Shown here piece by piece: positions 14,425 through 39,550 of a stretch of 64,000 nucleotides of DNA. The stretch comes from Amoebidium appalachense. Taxonomy: Eukaryota; Protista; Ichthyosporea. The notes under the pieces were generated by a model. That model saw nothing but the letters and a program-made list of their open reading frames with translations. It made no database searches and was not told the DNA's origin. Each line of letters starts with the position of its first letter. The first letter of the stretch is position 1. Position numbers and translations under genes: made by a program. The stretch is taken from assembly GCA_963693365.1 (NCBI GenBank), contig CAVNZM010000005.1, positions 4,215,716-4,279,715 of the forward strand, written 5' to 3'.

Positions 14425-15431
14425 TCAGTGATGATCGGCCCCGGCAGCGTGGTAGCCGGCCGGTGGGGGGTGGCCATACAGCCACTCGTACTCCTGCACC
14501 GTCAGCCGCAATGCCTGTGTGTGTGTGTGTGTGTGTGTTTGTTTGGGGGGGGGGGGGGGGGGGGAATTGGGTTAGAATGTGTTATAGAGAACGAAGTACA
14601 CAGTCATAAACGGACAACATAATGCAGAGTGTAAAGCACACGCGAAGAGTATGCATAATAAGCAGAGCCCCGGGGGAGGAGGAGGAGGAGGGGGAGGGGG
14701 GGGGGAGGGGGGGGGGGGGGGGGGGGTAGACTGGTACTAGAGTGCCAAGGTAGCACGCTAACCACGAAAATGCACAGTGCGATTCATGGGATGACGAGCG
14801 AACGAGGACCTGCGGAACACTCTTTGGGGCCAAATGCGTGTGTTGGTGCATGGGCGTGAGGTCTTTTCTTCTTCTTCTTCCTTTTTTTTTTGGGGGGGGG
14901 GGGGGGTTTGTTTCCTTGATCCCTTTTTATTTCGGTGGTGGTGGTGGTGTCTGGGGGTGTGTGTGCGTGTGTGCACACGCGCGCTGGCGGGCATGCACGT
15001 GTGTGTGTATGCCTCACAAGGGAGCCCATCCTCCCCCCGAGGGGGGGGAAGGGGGATAAAGAGCAGTACACTACAAAGTATGAGGAGAGGAAACGAGGAA
15101 CAGCGCAGTAAAATAAAAACGACATGCAAACGCCGAACACACACAGTGAGGTAAATGTCGATTTGCGATCGTGTGCTTGGCAGAGACGGGTGAAGTCTTG
15201 TATAATGAACCCATCAGTAGTGCCGTGAATGCAACTTAGTGTATGTTAGTTACAACAGAGCTGCTAAACCTGCCTAGGGCCTTTAGCCTTCCGCAAAAAA
15301 ATACATGTCACAAGGGACCCTGCCTCCATGCACCTTCCCTACACACCCACGATTGATTGCGGCACCCGATATCTACCACAATTACGCTTGGGCAACCCCC
15401 CCCCCCCCCCCCCCCCCCATGGTGTCCCCCG

Positions 15432-15471
<40 letters not shown>

Positions 15472-16538
15472 ATCCAAACCTACACGGATGCAGACAAACT
15501 TGCACACACAAACGACTCCTAAACACACACTCATTCGCGCACAGGTGCCACAAACCACACATCAAAGTACCCACCTCCGTAGGGTTAAATCCACACGTTC
15601 AGTTGCACAATTATCCATACACAAGCAAAAAAAAAAAACTCCCTTTATGCCTCATAACAATGCACAAACAGAAGCACCTAAGGACCCAACACCTGTCCAG
15701 CCACTAAACAACCACCATACCTACCTATGGAAACAATATGCAACAAGCCCACCGCACACACGTACATGTGGGTCTTGAGTGTGTGTGCGTGGGAAAGTGC
15801 GCAACCATGCATGCATGTGTGCGGCTGTGTGTGCATATGCACATACTTGTGCATACTGGTGTGTGACTGTACACATATGTGCACGCTGGTGTGTGATTGT
15901 ACACAAATGTGCATACTGGTGTGTGATTGTACGCATATGTGTATACTGGTGTGCGATTGTACACATATGTGTATAATGGTGTGTGATTGTACACATATGT
16001 GCATACTGGTGTGTGATTGTACACATATGTGCATACTGGTGTGTGATTGTACACATATGTGCATACTGGTGTGTGATTGTACACATATGTGCATACTGGT
16101 GTGTGATTGTACACATATGTGCACACTGGTGTGTGATTGTACACATATGTGCACGTGCATATCTTTGCCAGCGAACCCGCCACAAAGAAATTGGAAAATA
16201 ATGGAGCATGCAACACACTTGACTCACCGACAAAAATCTCACGCCAAATGGAAAGAGAAAACGGAAGACCAAAAGCGGAATTTCCCCAAAAACCCCCACC
16301 CCCACCTTCCCTCCATCCTTTCTGTGCTTGCCCACATGTTACCCACCGTACATATGTTGCCATTTCACGAAGGGCAATCAACCAAATTTATATAAATCTA
16401 GGGTAGGTGTAACGCAGGCGCGGGGACAACTACGTGCACACACATGACCTCTATCCACACCCATCTCCACGGCATATGCACACATGTAGATATCGGCATA
16501 CACAACCCCCCTCCCCCCCTCCCCCCCCCCCCCCCTTC

Positions 16539-16587
<49 letters not shown>

Positions 16588-17140
16588 GCACGCACGCACG
16601 CACGCGGATGCACGTACACACCCACCCACCCACCCACCCACCCACCCACCCACGGAGGCTTGCACACACACAACCGGGCACGTACCCACTCAGGCGGGGG
16701 AATGTTGCGCTCCCACTTGGAGCCCTCTGGTGCTGTGGGGTCTGAATGGCAAAAAAACGGTCAGCCGCTGTACACGAGGAGATTGAAATACCAAAGAGAA
16801 CAAAAATTTCTTTATACACCTTCATTGTCAAGTGAATAGGTGAGAGTCAAGTAGAGTAAACCCTTGGACCCGAAAGGTGTGAATGAGTTGGAGGGCCGAA
16901 AAGAGCCGTACGGGTGGCAGGAGGACGGGGGGGGGAGGGGGGTTCAATGCGTCATAAAGTACGAAGTACACATGAACAACGGATAACACGATGCAGAGTG
17001 CAAACCATACATAAAGAGTATGCATAATAAGCAGAGCCCATCCTCAGGGGGGCTGGGCGGGAGGGGGGGGAGAGGGGAAGGAAATGGTACACAGTAAGAG
17101 GCACAGGGGGAAAACGGTGGAAAGTATAAAGAACATGTGG

Positions 17141-17223
<83 letters not shown>

Positions 17224-17446
17224 TATGTCTATCTATGTGCGGAGATGTGTGTGTGTGCATGTGTGTGCCTGTGCGTGTGAGAAGAAGGGGAGGAGAGGGG
17301 GAGAGGGATGGAACATAAAATAGGAAGGTACGTGAGGCATGTGGAAATGGGCCCACAACTTGTTATAAAATGCAGAGAGACACATAGGGCGCATGTCTGT
17401 GTGTACGTGTGTTTGTACGGATGCGTGTTTGCGTGTGTGCGGATGG

Positions 17447-17485
<39 letters not shown>

Positions 17486-17739
17486 AGCATGTGTACAGAG
17501 GTGTGCTTGCGTGCGAGCGAAAGAGTGTGGACAAGTGTGTGTGTGTGTGTGTGTGTGTTGTGTGTGTGTGTGTGTTTTGTGTGTACGTATGTGTGTGTGA
17601 AGGTGTGTGCGCGCGTACACTTGTGTGTGTGTGCGGGCGCGCACCCATGCACGGGCCTGTGTGCAAGTCTCAGGTGTGTACGCTTGTGAACATGCTCTTT
17701 TACAAATACCCCCACGCGTGCAACAAATTAAGCATCTGA

Positions 17740-17801
<62 letters not shown>

Positions 17802-18331
17802 GCGCGCGCGTGCGAGTACGTGAGTGTGCTTGACGTGTGCGTGTGTGTGCGCCTATGGGTGTACTTGCTTATGTGCATGTCTGTCTAAGCCCGTCGCAAT
17901 TGTCTTTTTCCTTGTGTCAGCCCACCGGCATGGCAAGCATACACATACCCAGTTGTGCACACAACCACTCAAGCCACGCATATTGGGATCCAACATCTCA
18001 AAGTATTCTGGTGCCCATGCCTAGGTACGTGTAGGTGTGCCACGCACATGCGCTGCAAGTATATCCTGCAAAATACAGAACGGGCAAGGTTACGCACATG
18101 CGCTGCAAGTATATCCTGCAAAGGGCAACCTTGCACACAGCCCACCACAGTATTCCTACTAGAGAAAGAAAAACGCAAAGCGAGTAGGTGCACATGCATA
18201 CGCATAAACGAAGGGGCAGGAGGGCACGTACAGGTGTATGGGACGTTATGGCGCCATTTCTTCAGCTCCTTCTCAGTCTCGCCCACCAGTCGCTCCACCT
18301 GCATAGCGCACAGCAAGTTGAACATATGACT

Positions 18332-18363
<32 letters not shown>

Positions 18364-19062
18364 ACTTCTGGCTTCTATTATTTCTCTCCCGTTTCTTACC
18401 CTGCCCGTTTCTCTTCCTCTCTCCCTGGCTGCCTTTAACGTCGCTCCTTGCAGCTCTCTCAACAATTCCACCTTGCACTAAAACTCAATAAATACTCCCT
18501 TGACACCGCGGTCTTTTGTACACGTCCCAGCATGTATGCACTTAGTGTAAACGTGTTTGTGCCTGTTTGCGTCTGGATTCGTGAGTGTCGCTGTGATTGT
18601 TGCGCTCCGTGCATGCAGTGCTTAGACGTGTACGTGTATGTGTGTGCGCGTCATAAAAAGCATGTGCGCATAGGCGAGTGCACGCGAGTGCTTGCACGTG
18701 TACATGCGTGTGTGTCTAGGTAAGTGTGCGCGAGTGCTTATGCAAGTGCGTGTACACACGGGTGTGTCTGTGCGTACCTGCAGGGGGTTGGTAATGTTGC
18801 GGTTCTTGTCGAAACGCTCGCGAATCTCGAGGCACTTTTCACGGTACAGCTCAAACACGGGGTTCCAGCTGCAAACACACCGTCAGTAACACGCACGTAG
18901 GGTGACTCACGTACACACCCGGCCAACTAACGATTCTTCACCACGAGGGGTGTGTAAAAAGAGGGACTAGAAAGGGGTTGCGTACTTGCGAGCCTCGCGC
19001 AGGGCCTGGCGGTAAAGCCGGGCAACGCGCTGGCTGTGTGCGAGGCCCAGGGGGGAGGTCAT
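14425..19062 (-). CDS. NDUFB9: NADH dehydrogenase 1 beta subcomplex subunit 9 (B22, LYR-motif protein)
   Basis: Exons 19062-18986 [25 protein letters not shown], 18868-18778 [31 protein letters not shown], 18298-18232 [22 protein letters not shown], 16741-16686 [19 protein letters not shown], and probable last exon 14493-14425 [22 protein letters not shown]. All GT-AG and phase-consistent. LYR motif plus the B22-type H..PY..PTAP.GSKWERN signature. Last exon less certain. Confidence 0.9.
14570..14672 (-). repeat. Intronic repeat family, copy D
   Basis: Shares GAGTATGCATAATAAGCAGAGCCC and ACGAAGTACACA with 16941-17047. Confidence 0.7.
15851..16155. repeat. 30-bp minisatellite GCATACTGGTGTGTGATTGTACACATATGT x~10
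   Basis: Direct read; 10-aa periodic ORFs in all frames. Confidence 0.95.
16941..17047 (-). repeat. Intronic repeat family, copy C
   Basis: Reverse complement reads CCTGAGGATGGGCTCTGCTTATTATGCATAC...GTACTTCGTACTTTATGACGCATTGAACCC. Confidence 0.75.
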
Positions 19063-20157
19063 GTTGGCCTTGTGCGTGCCTGTACGTGGCTGAGCGTACG
19101 TGCGTGTTTGTTGCCCCTGCCTGTGTGGACAGAGAGAGAGACAGACTCCGTGCGCGTTATCAAGACAGCCACGCCCCGAAACCGATCGCGCCGACCAAAA
19201 AACAGAACGATCGACAAATTCTAGCAAAGTAATATAAATGTTAGGCTTTTCTATCGATAGAGGCAATAAGTTCGTTCGAAAAATTGAGATGATCGCTTGA
19301 TCGGTGAATAGTTCGCTCCCCATCTTCGAGTCCTGGCAGAGCCTGCACCAGCCTTGTTCAGTGAACAAATTTATCAGCAAAGGCCACCATAAAAGCAAAG
19401 ATCTACTGCATGAAAGTACTAGAGGGGAAGACATAGGTGCACACTGCTTGTTATATTATAGGCCCTGAAGCATCCAAGCACAACCTGAACACACACACGC
19501 TCGCACAACCGCTGTAATGTACATAAACCAATTAGGCCTGTGCACAGGAACATCGATAAACAACAAGCAACCGAAAATAACGCGCATCACGTTGGCACAT
19601 GTGCACAGGAATGATAACATATAGTGTGCGCACACAACCAAAAATTACTGATTTTAGGTTTGCCAACTAGACAAACACTTTGTGACCCACTGTCAACATT
19701 TGATCTGAACAAAAACTGTTTACTGTGGCTACAAGGCAACCAGAGCAATCAATCCCTCTGACGCCAATCAGTTTTTTGGAGGCGCCAGCCGGCAGTTATG
19801 TCGTAGTGCCCTGGATTTAAGGATGGACACCAAGAAGAAAGAGTAGGTGCTTCTGGTGGAAGGAACTAGGGGTGGGAGGGGGGTGGGGTGGTGCATGTGT
19901 GTGTGTGGTTGGATGAAGGGGGGAGTGGAAGGGGGGGAGGGTGGGGGTGGGGGGGGGGAGGGGGGTGGGGGGGAGGAGGGGGGAGGGGGAGGGATGGGTA
20001 TGTGGGACGGGGAAGCACGGCAACATAGCGCCAGTTTTTTGTTTCTGGATGTGGCACACACATAGCCGTTCACAAAATGGAAGTTGGCCATGGCCTCTCA
20101 TTCCCCCTGAACGGGCCTGTGCACGAGCGAGGCCATGGTCATGTGTCATAGCAGATG

Positions 20158-29451
<9,294 letters not shown>

Positions 29452-30623
29452 GTGTGAATGTGAAGGTGTGTAAGTGGTGAAGGTGTGTGTGTGTGTGTGA
29501 CTGTGTGCATGTGTGTGTGTGTGTGTGTGCATGGATGTGTGTGTGTGCGTGAATGTATGAAAGTAAGTGCATGAATTGGCAGGATTAACATTAGCTGTAC
29601 GCTGAGAACGATTACATAAGGTAGTATAGGATACTAATTGCGCAACCTTGGCAGATGCATGTCCGTACCAAGTAGTAATACCGTATGCACTGCCCGTATG
29701 AATTGAAAGATTACTGCTAGTACACAATGACAAGGTGTTCCCCACTAATCGTACCGTAAATAAATAGAAAGATAACCACGATGCAATCACTTCTCCTTCA
29801 ATCACTTTAACGTACCCAATACGCACTTGTAGATAAATTAAGAATTCAGTCATGTAGTTTCTCGACTAAGCAAATATTTTGGCGGCCCGTGCTGCTTATA
29901 TGGACCGGCCTGAGATAAGGAGGACGGCCACTAAATGAAAGGTAATATAATGGACTGAAGAGGCAGTCTAGGAAGACCTTGCACGGTAATCGGACACCAT
30001 GCATATGAGTAGTGTAGTAAAATATAAAAATTACGCGGCCTAGGCCTGTGGCTGTGGCCTTGTTTATGTTTTATTTCTGCCATATCATTGGCTGTAGATC
30101 GAATAAAATCACATTATGTACATAAAAATGGCCGTGGGCTTGTCTGCAGCGTGAAGCTTTAGATGAATATACATGGGAAATATGCCCCACCTTCGAGTCC
30201 CCCTCCCCCTTCACCCCTCCAAACACATGCATGTGGCTTTCTCCTACATGAACTCTTTCTGCGGCAACAAGAAAAGTCCTAAATCACATCGATATATGTA
30301 TCCAAAACTACGGTTTACTACGTAGGTGATTGAGCACAGGCAAGTAAGGCCATGGTTACACTATGATACGTACACCAGTGTAATAGTCTCCAAAATTTAT
30401 GTCTGTGCTATGTACAATCACTTCTCCCCGGGCCAGTTATGTTGCAGCCGCACCATGCATATGGCGGCATACAATGCATTGCACATGTCCTATGGGGGGT
30501 AGCTTGGCGACACTGGCCCATCACCGTACAGGCTGTATCCCCTGTAGCATATGTCAGTACCAATTGGCAGCTTAAACTCGTTCGAATTCCACACATAAAA
30601 ACACAGGAACATGCGCGCACGCA

Positions 30624-30655
<32 letters not shown>

Positions 30656-30656
30656 G

Positions 30657-31691
30657 TGAGGTGCAGGTGCTGCCGGGCCACTTCTGGGCTGTGATGGCTG
30701 CCATCGACTGCCTGCTGCTGCTGCACGTGCTACTGTTTGCACTCCGCTCCAGAAACATATACACGTGTGCAACCCCCTCCCCCCCCCCCCCCCCTTCTCC
30801 CCCCTTCCCCCGCGCACCCACCCGCCCCCACACCTCCCCTCTTCATCTTTTCTTCCAAAAGAGATGTTCACCCCCGGGCCCTGAGGGCTCCTTCCTCCCT
30901 TTCAAAGACACGATTTCCTACTTAAAGGGGGTTTCTTTTAGACTTTCGGGCCGGGCCGGGTCAGAGGCGATTCTAGCTATATGATTGGTGTGCTGCGCAT
31001 CAGCTGCGCACCATCGTTTTGCCGGCAGCAAGGTACAGATGCGCCCTAATACAACAAAAAAGAAAAAGAAGAGAGAAAAAAAGAAACTAGAAGGGAAGAA
31101 TAATAATAAAACGTTAGGAAGAAGACTGCAGTTCATAACATGATTTACATGCTGAGCAAATGGCTTGACCCGGATGTGCTGGAATGGGGACAATTAATCA
31201 TTCTAAAAGAAACCCCCTTTTAACGTAATACATGGACAGCTTTGCCCGGTGTGGAGCATGTTGGTGTCGTATAGTCTGCGGATGGGCATTTTTGGCCATG
31301 CATCATCTATAAGCGCATGAGATTGCCCGTAAATTTGCAACGGCACATATGAGATGGGTCTTAGTAGAATCCCACGCCCACGTCGGCATAGAGTCACGTG
31401 CTTGTTCATGGCACAGATAGTGTGTTTGCACGTGCCCAGGCACACACAGTATATGTTTGCACGTGCCCAGGCACACACAGTATATGTTTGCACGTGCCCA
31501 GGCACACACAGTATATGTTTGCACGTGCACAGGCACACACAGTATATGTTTGCACGTGCACAGGCACACACAGTATATGTTTGCACGTGCACAGGCACTG
31601 ACAGGGGCCACAGCACCACACAGGGTCTGTTGGTGGAGGCAAAGGGCTTGGCTGCTGCCCTGGCTGCTGGTGGGTTTTTTTTTTTTTTTTT

Positions 31692-31752
<61 letters not shown>

Positions 31753-32217
31753 GGGGGGTTATAACGGTGTGGGTATTATGCATTGTACTAATATTTAATA
31801 GAGCAGCGCCCCTGGAAGAAAAGGGGGGGGGGGGGGGGGGGAATGATTATAGGGGTGTGGGTGTCACAGTGCATTGTACTAGATCAGCGCCCCCTGATGT
31901 TGGGGGGAAAGGGAGGAGGTGGGGGGGCTCCCGCGGAAGGAGGGAGGGGGGGGGGGGGGGGGGATCTTACACTTATTTTCACTGCAGCACCCAAGGGGCA
32001 GGCAGCCATGCAGTCACATCTACAGGGACTCACTCTACCCCAGATTGCAGGGGGCATGATAGAGAGCCAATGGGACGGGGGCATGCAGGGCACCTGGTGG
32101 ATAGGCCCACTGGAGGGGGGATCATACACGTGGGTGGTGGGGTGTGGGGTGTTGGTGATGTCGATGATGGGGTGTGTGGTGGTGGCCGTGGCGGGAAGGA
32201 GGAATGTGCGATACTGA
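30657..32217 (+). other. Duplicated last three exons of the VASt gene (alternative 3' end, pseudo-exons or uncollapsed haplotype)
   Basis: Exons ~30657-30763, ~31605-31669 and 31988-32217 keep splice sites, frame and stop codon. Confidence 0.7.
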
Positions 32218-33424
32218 GTGTGAATGTGAAGGTGTGTAAGTGGTGAAGGTGTGTGTGTGTGTGACTGTGTGCATGTGTATGTGTGTGTGTGTGTGTGTGT
32301 GCATGGATGTGTGTGTGTGCGTGAATGTATGAAAGTAAGTGCATGAATAGGCAGGATTAACATTAGCTGTACGCTGAGAACGATTACATAAGGTAGTATA
32401 GGATACTAATTGCGCAACCTTGGCAGATGCATGTCCGTACCAAGTAGTAATACCGTATGCACTGCCCGTATGAATTGAAAGATTACTGCTAGTACACAAT
32501 GGCATGGTGTTCCCCACTAATCGTACGGTAAATAAATAGAAAGATAACCACGATGCAATCACTTCTCCTTCAATCACTTTAACGTACCCTATACGCACTT
32601 GTAGATATTAAGAATTCAGTCATGTAGTTTCTCGACTAAGCAAATATCTTGGCGGCTCGTGCTGCTTATATGGACCGGCCTGAGATAAGGAGGACGGCCA
32701 CTAAATGAAAGGTAATATAATGGACTGAAGAGGCAGTCTAGGAAGACCTTGCACGGTAATCGGACACCATGCATATGAGCAGTGTAGTAAAATATAAAAA
32801 TTACGCGGCCTAGGCCTGTGGCTGTGGCCGTGTTTAGGTTTTATTTCTGCCATATCATTGGCTGTAGATCGAATAAAATCACATTATGTACATAAAAATG
32901 GCCGTGGGCTTGTCTGCAGCGTGAAGCTTTAGATGAATATACATGGGAAATATGCCCCACCTTCGAGTCCCCCTCCCCCTTCACCCCTCCAAACACATGC
33001 ATGTGGCTTTCTCCTACATGAACTCTTTCTGCGGCAACAAGAAAAGTCCTAAATCACATCGATATATGTATCCAAAACGACGGTTTACTACGTGGGTGAT
33101 TGAGCATAGGCAAGTAAGGCCATGGTTACACTATGATACGTACACCAGTGTAATAGTCTCCAAAATTTATGTCTGTGCTATGTATAATCACTTCTCCCCG
33201 GGCCAGTTATGTTGCAGCCACACCATGCATATGGCGGCATACAATGCATTGCACATGTCCTATGGGGGGTAGTTTGGCGACACTGGCCCATCACCGTACA
33301 GGCTGTATCCCCTGTAGCATATGTCAGTACCGTTTGGCAGCTTAAACTCGTTCGAATTCCACACATAAAAACACAGGAACATGCGCGCACGCACGCGCAC
33401 ACACAGACACAGACACAGACACAG

Positions 33425-33460
<36 letters not shown>

Positions 33461-34021
33461 ACGCACACACAGATACACACACATACACACACACAGACAG
33501 ACATACTCGTGCGGCTGTAGGGGTGCGCGCACACGCACACACCTCATGACTACCACACATGAACACACCCAATTTCATTGGATGCCAACAAATACCACCA
33601 CGCCCTCAAAAACATAAAACCCTCTTTCAACACGGGACTTTGTGTGTGAAATACTGCATACATGTGCACGTACGTAGCTGCAGACTGCAGGGTAACAACG
33701 CTATATGATATAAAAAGGGTAAATATATATCATAATGTATGCCCTGCCCACCTCGATACCGGTAGTATGAGCGTGCTCAGTCAAGCTTCCATATAGGAGG
33801 GCAGTAGAAAGAGGGGATGGCAGCAGTCGATCGGGGGGGGGGGAGGGGCAGGGGAGGCGGGGGGAAGGGGGAAGGGGGGTTGATTATTGTAGCGCATACA
33901 CATTATTTGAGCGTCTAAATGCCGGGTCTCGGCCATAGCGATCGGTCGATGGCAACCGGCGCCGTGATGCATCCATCTGGAAAAAACCCCCAGCCGTGAG
34001 TGCAGTGGTCCAAACATGACC

Positions 34022-34056
<35 letters not shown>

Positions 34057-34744
34057 ACCTCCCCCTCTCCTCCGCGCCTCCCCTTCCCCCCTCCCCTCCC
34101 TCCATCTCTCTCTCCGGAGAGGATGCTGTCACCGACACTTTCAAAATGCATAACAAGAAGAAGAATCTACCTTCCCGTTTGGCAACTGCATTCCCCCAGG
34201 TTCCTTCTGTCCCACATGATGTATTGCACACACCATTCATCACCACCCCACTTTCCATTCCTTCCTGCCCAGCCCAGCCCACCCAACCACTCAAAGATTC
34301 ATCCCCCCCCCCCCCCCCCCCCCACCCCCCACCCAAAAAAAAAAAAAAAAAAAAGAAAGAAAAAAAAAATAGATAAAAAAGAAAAAATAACTGTGTTCCA
34401 TCCAACCCTACCCCCGGCACTTCACTCATATGGAGCAACACAACCATCCCATCTGTACGCCGCGGAGACCTTTACACACAAGTAACCACACCCAAATTCA
34501 CACACACACCCAATGCAAACCTTGGGAACACACAGGTGTTGACCCAAACCGCCCAAACAAGCTAACTGTTAACACACATAAAGTCTTCATTGGAATAGCT
34601 ATTGGAACTTTATATCATAATCATAGAAAAGAACTTGCGCCTCCATTCATTGAAAGCTTATTGCTACAGCTACGATGAAGTCTACTTAAAGATGTGAACA
34701 GAAGTTAGAATATATTACCAAATCTGGATAGAATGCTCCTATGG

Positions 34745-36164
34745 CTACCACCTATAGATATGACGTACCGCATACTGGCTTCCACTCCCTAGGTTTGGGC
34801 TGCTGGCTCCTACCCCGTATGCCCCATATGGCACACCAGACAGATCCCTACACCCCACCACCTAGTCAGCGAGAGAAGAGATGTGAATGTGTGTTTGTGC
34901 ATATGCACCCATGGCCCAGGGTGTGTGGGTGTGTGTGGTGTGTGGCTGCGCCTCTTGTGGGTAGCGCTGGTGTGGGATTAGCTCCGGTGAATGCTCCTTG
35001 CGTGCCCTGTGCCTGTGTCCTGTATGCCTGTGTGCCTGTGTGCCTGTGTGCTGTGCGCCTGTGTGCCAGTCCTTTGTGCCTGTATGCTGTATGCCTGTAT
35101 GCCTATGTGCTGTGCGCCTGTGTGCCTGTGTCCTGTGCGCCTGTGTGCCTGTATGCCTGTATGCCTGTGTCCTGTGCGCCTGTGCGCCTGTGTGCCTGTG
35201 TGCCTGTGTCCTGTGCTCCTGTGTCTGTATGCCTGTGTCCTGTGCGCCTGTATGCATGTGTGCCTGTGTGTATCTCTGTGCCTACCGTGAGCTACGGGCA
35301 CCCAATCTCCGTGCTATGACTCTGTCCAGAAAGGACCCAAGCTGCCGCATAGCCGTGCTGTCTGGTTGGAAGTCACTCAGTTCCATACAGCTCTGCATAG
35401 GGTGCTGTGTCAGGGACGTATGTGCACACTCACGCACTCACATGCATACACACACACACACGGGCGCATGTACACACACACACACACGGGCGCATGTACA
35501 CACACACACACACACGGGCGCATGTACACACACGCGCGCGCTCAGGCCCGCGTACACACACACACCAGCATAAAACGGTCAGTGAGTAAACGGAGGCTGT
35601 TCGGTGCACACAAGTTCACGCACATACACCTGCACTCATTCAGATCCAACCGTCTGCCCATCCGTCCACACAGGCACGCACACATGTGCCCCCTCTCCCT
35701 TCTCCCCCCCTTGCACTTCCCCCCACCCCCACCCCCCGTGTAAACACACACTCATGCACGCATGCACACACACACATACACACACACACACAGTCATGCA
35801 CGCATGCACGCACACACACGCACACACACACACAGTGTCACACAGACCAGCACCACCAAAGCTGGCTCGACCTAACCATGCGCTAGGCCGTCTTGTCCGT
35901 CTTATGTTGACCACAACCTCTTCTTCCCCCGCCCCCCCCCTCCTCCCTCCCCTTCCTCGCCTTTTTCCCCACACCACACCACACACACCCGCACCCATGA
36001 GGTGGTGGTTGCACGTATGTATAGGGCCTGTGGTGCCCATTTGTGGTCAACTTCATGAGGGTCACCCCGTTATCCTACCAAGCAATCCAGCACACTAGCA
36101 CTGCAGAAATATTTACATGTACGTGGGTGAAAACGGCGAGGTGGCAGCTTGACACACAGAGAAA

Positions 36165-36195
<31 letters not shown>

Positions 36196-36358
36196 AGTGA
36201 GGGAGGAGTGAATGGGCCACAGGGCATGTGTATGACCTTTGACTTTTCTTTCTTTTTGCCCCCCTCCCTTCCGGGCCCTGGGAAGTGGGAGAGGGCAGGC
36301 GGGCGGGCGGGCGGGCGGGCGGGCGGGCCGGGGTGGGGGGAGGGAGGGAGAAATGAGT

Positions 36359-36389
<31 letters not shown>

Positions 36390-36516
36390 GGGGGGGGGGG
36401 AGGGGGGGGGAGGGGGGGGGGGGGGCGGGGAGCTTACGAGCTGCAGGGTGTCACCGTATTCGCTGCGCATGGTCGTCTTTCCAAACGTGGCATCTGCCCA
36501 CTCCATAAGTTTACAG

Positions 36517-36548
<32 letters not shown>

Positions 36549-37063
36549 ACATGCGCACACACATGCACACACCACCCATTCCTTTCTCTTGCATCCCATC
36601 CATCCCCTCACCCGAACTCTGCATAAAGCGCTCTTCTCCTTTGCTTACAAACGACACACCACCACACTCGCCCACGCACGAACCCTTTCCCCCGTCCCCC
36701 TCTCTCCACACACACACACACACACACACATACATACACACACATACACACACACGAAAAAGGAAATAATGCCAAGGGCAAAAGTAAGCTAGATATAGAA
36801 ACCAAAACCCACACAATCAGCACCTGCACAAGCATACCCACACACCCACACAAACCTGCACACATGTACGCACACACACACACACACAGGCATTGATACC
36901 CACGCCCACACACGCATGCAGGCACGCAGGCACACACCCACACCCACACCCACACCCACACCCACACCCACACCCACACACACACACACGCACACACACA
37001 CACACGCACACACACCCACACACACGCACACGCACACGCACACGCACACGCACACGCACACGC

Positions 37064-37103
<40 letters not shown>

Positions 37104-37134
37104 ACGCACACGCACACGCACATACACACACACG

Positions 37135-37197
<63 letters not shown>

Positions 37198-37310
37198 GCA
37201 CGCACAGCATCCTGTTTGGTGCCGACTATGATCATGGGTACAGATGAGGGTTCGCCCATCGTTCGTTCCTCGTCAAAATCATCCCCACTGTCAAACCGGC
37301 TGTATGCACG

Positions 37311-37390
<80 letters not shown>

Positions 37391-37559
37391 CGCACATGTG
37401 TGTGTGTGTGTGGGTTGGTGGGTGTGTGTGTGTGCGCGCGCATGTGTGTGTGGGTGTGGGTGTGTGGGTGTGTAGGTGTGAGTGCGCGCATGTGTGCGCG
37501 TGCGCGTGTGCGTGTGTGCGTGCGTGCGTGCGTGTGTGGAGTTGGAGGGCCGGGGGAGG

Positions 37560-37594
<35 letters not shown>

Positions 37595-37811
37595 GAATGT
37601 GATATACAGGATGAACAACGTGAAGCGGACGAGTAAAGAACACACACACAGGCTCCGGGGGGCATCGTGAAGGTGGGGTTGGGGGGGGTTGGGGGGGGTT
37701 GGGGGGGGTTGGGGGGGGGGACGGAAGGGGGCAGCAGCAACGAAGTCATCCACAGTACCCGTGTTTTGACCCATTCATTTGAAGAGGGGTTTGCGGTTTT
37801 TTTTTTTTTTT

Positions 37812-37856
<45 letters not shown>

Positions 37857-38055
37857 CTCTCACAAGCACACATTCATAGATACACACAAACACCTGATGC
37901 ATAGGCCGGGAACAAAACATGGGTTATTCTGGCAGCTAGCCTAAGCACAGAATCGGTGGTGGAGGAGAGGTGGTAGAAACAGAAAAATTACAGATCAAAC
38001 AGTACGTACAAAACAAAGCCAAATGCGAGGTGTGTGTGTCTGCATGTGTGGTTTG

Positions 38056-38142
<87 letters not shown>

Positions 38143-38178
38143 CACGGGCGAACGCATGTGTGTGTGTGGGTGTGTGTA

Positions 38179-38215
<37 letters not shown>

Positions 38216-39464
38216 GGGGTCCGTGTAGATGTTGTGCTTGTGCATGTGTGCTATGCTGCTTGTTTGGGTGTATGTGCGTGTGTACATTGTGTGAATTTGT
38301 ATGCATATGTGTTGTGCTAATGTCACTCATTGCATGCTTGTGTGCGTGTCTGTCTGTCTGTGTATGTATGTGTGCATGTGTGTGTGTGTGTGTACCTGTT
38401 GTGCATGCATCTGTGCCTGTGTGTGCAAGCATGTGTATGTGTGCATGTGAGTGTGTGCGTGCATGTGTACATGTGTATGTATGTTTGCACCCTGCGTGCA
38501 CACACGATATCCTGCACATACCCCGAATCTCTACTTGGTGCCCCCCCAGTGCGCTCATGACCTCATACACCCACTTGTCCAGGTTTGCATATGACTTTCT
38601 GTTGCTCAGATCGTGCACGAGGATAATCCCTAGCCCCACCCATCATTAGCCATCCACACCAGCACAGAAACACTAAAACCTACTCTGAAATTTTTGCCCA
38701 CTCGTACTTCTCCCTCGCCCGCCCTCCCCCACCCTCCCCCCTTCACACTCCCCCGCCATCCGCACACCCACGCATTCACCCACCTAGCCCTCCCCTTCCC
38801 CCTCCCCCCTTCCCCCCCCCCCCATTCCCCTCACCACTTTCCCTCTCATACATACACACACACACACACACACACCACACACACACACATACGCCACAGC
38901 CATACACACACACCACCATCCCAACCCCTCCACCCCCCAATCCCCACCCCCCCCTCTTCCCCCTCCCCTCCCCCAATAACCCAGAACACATGATCCACCT
39001 CTCTCTCGCTACTAATCCTCCCCCCCCTCCCCCCCCCCTCCCCCGCACCTACCCCCCCTCCCTCCCCCCTCCCCCTGCCCCCCCCCCACCCTTCCCCTCC
39101 CCCTCCCCCCCCTTCCCCCCCCCCTCAAAAAAAAACAAAAAAAAAACACATACCGTGCACACCCTGATAGAACATAGGTCTTCCCTTTCTGTGTGCTGCT
39201 GACCCCCCAATGTCCCAAAGCTCCACCTCCCAGGTGCTGCCCTCATGCTCGTGCAGCTGAAACCACAAGTCAGTAAAAGCGTCAGCCTCTTTGCCTGAAC
39301 TTCTACACTCTATTTCACGCCCTGTTCACCCCCCTCCCCTCGTCCTTTTTTTTCTCTCTTCTCTCTTCTCTCGCTCTCTCTCTCGCCCTCCTTTCCTCAC
39401 TCCTTACTGCCCCTCCTACTTTCCGCTCTCCCCCTCTCCCCGAGGCTCAAATCCATCCTATATT

Positions 39465-39550
<86 letters not shown>

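Noticed and set aside
15851-16155. 30-bp repeat array as CRISPR or a Cys-rich repeat protein
   Set aside because: Units are head-to-tail with no unique spacers, no cas genes, open in several frames; an intronic minisatellite
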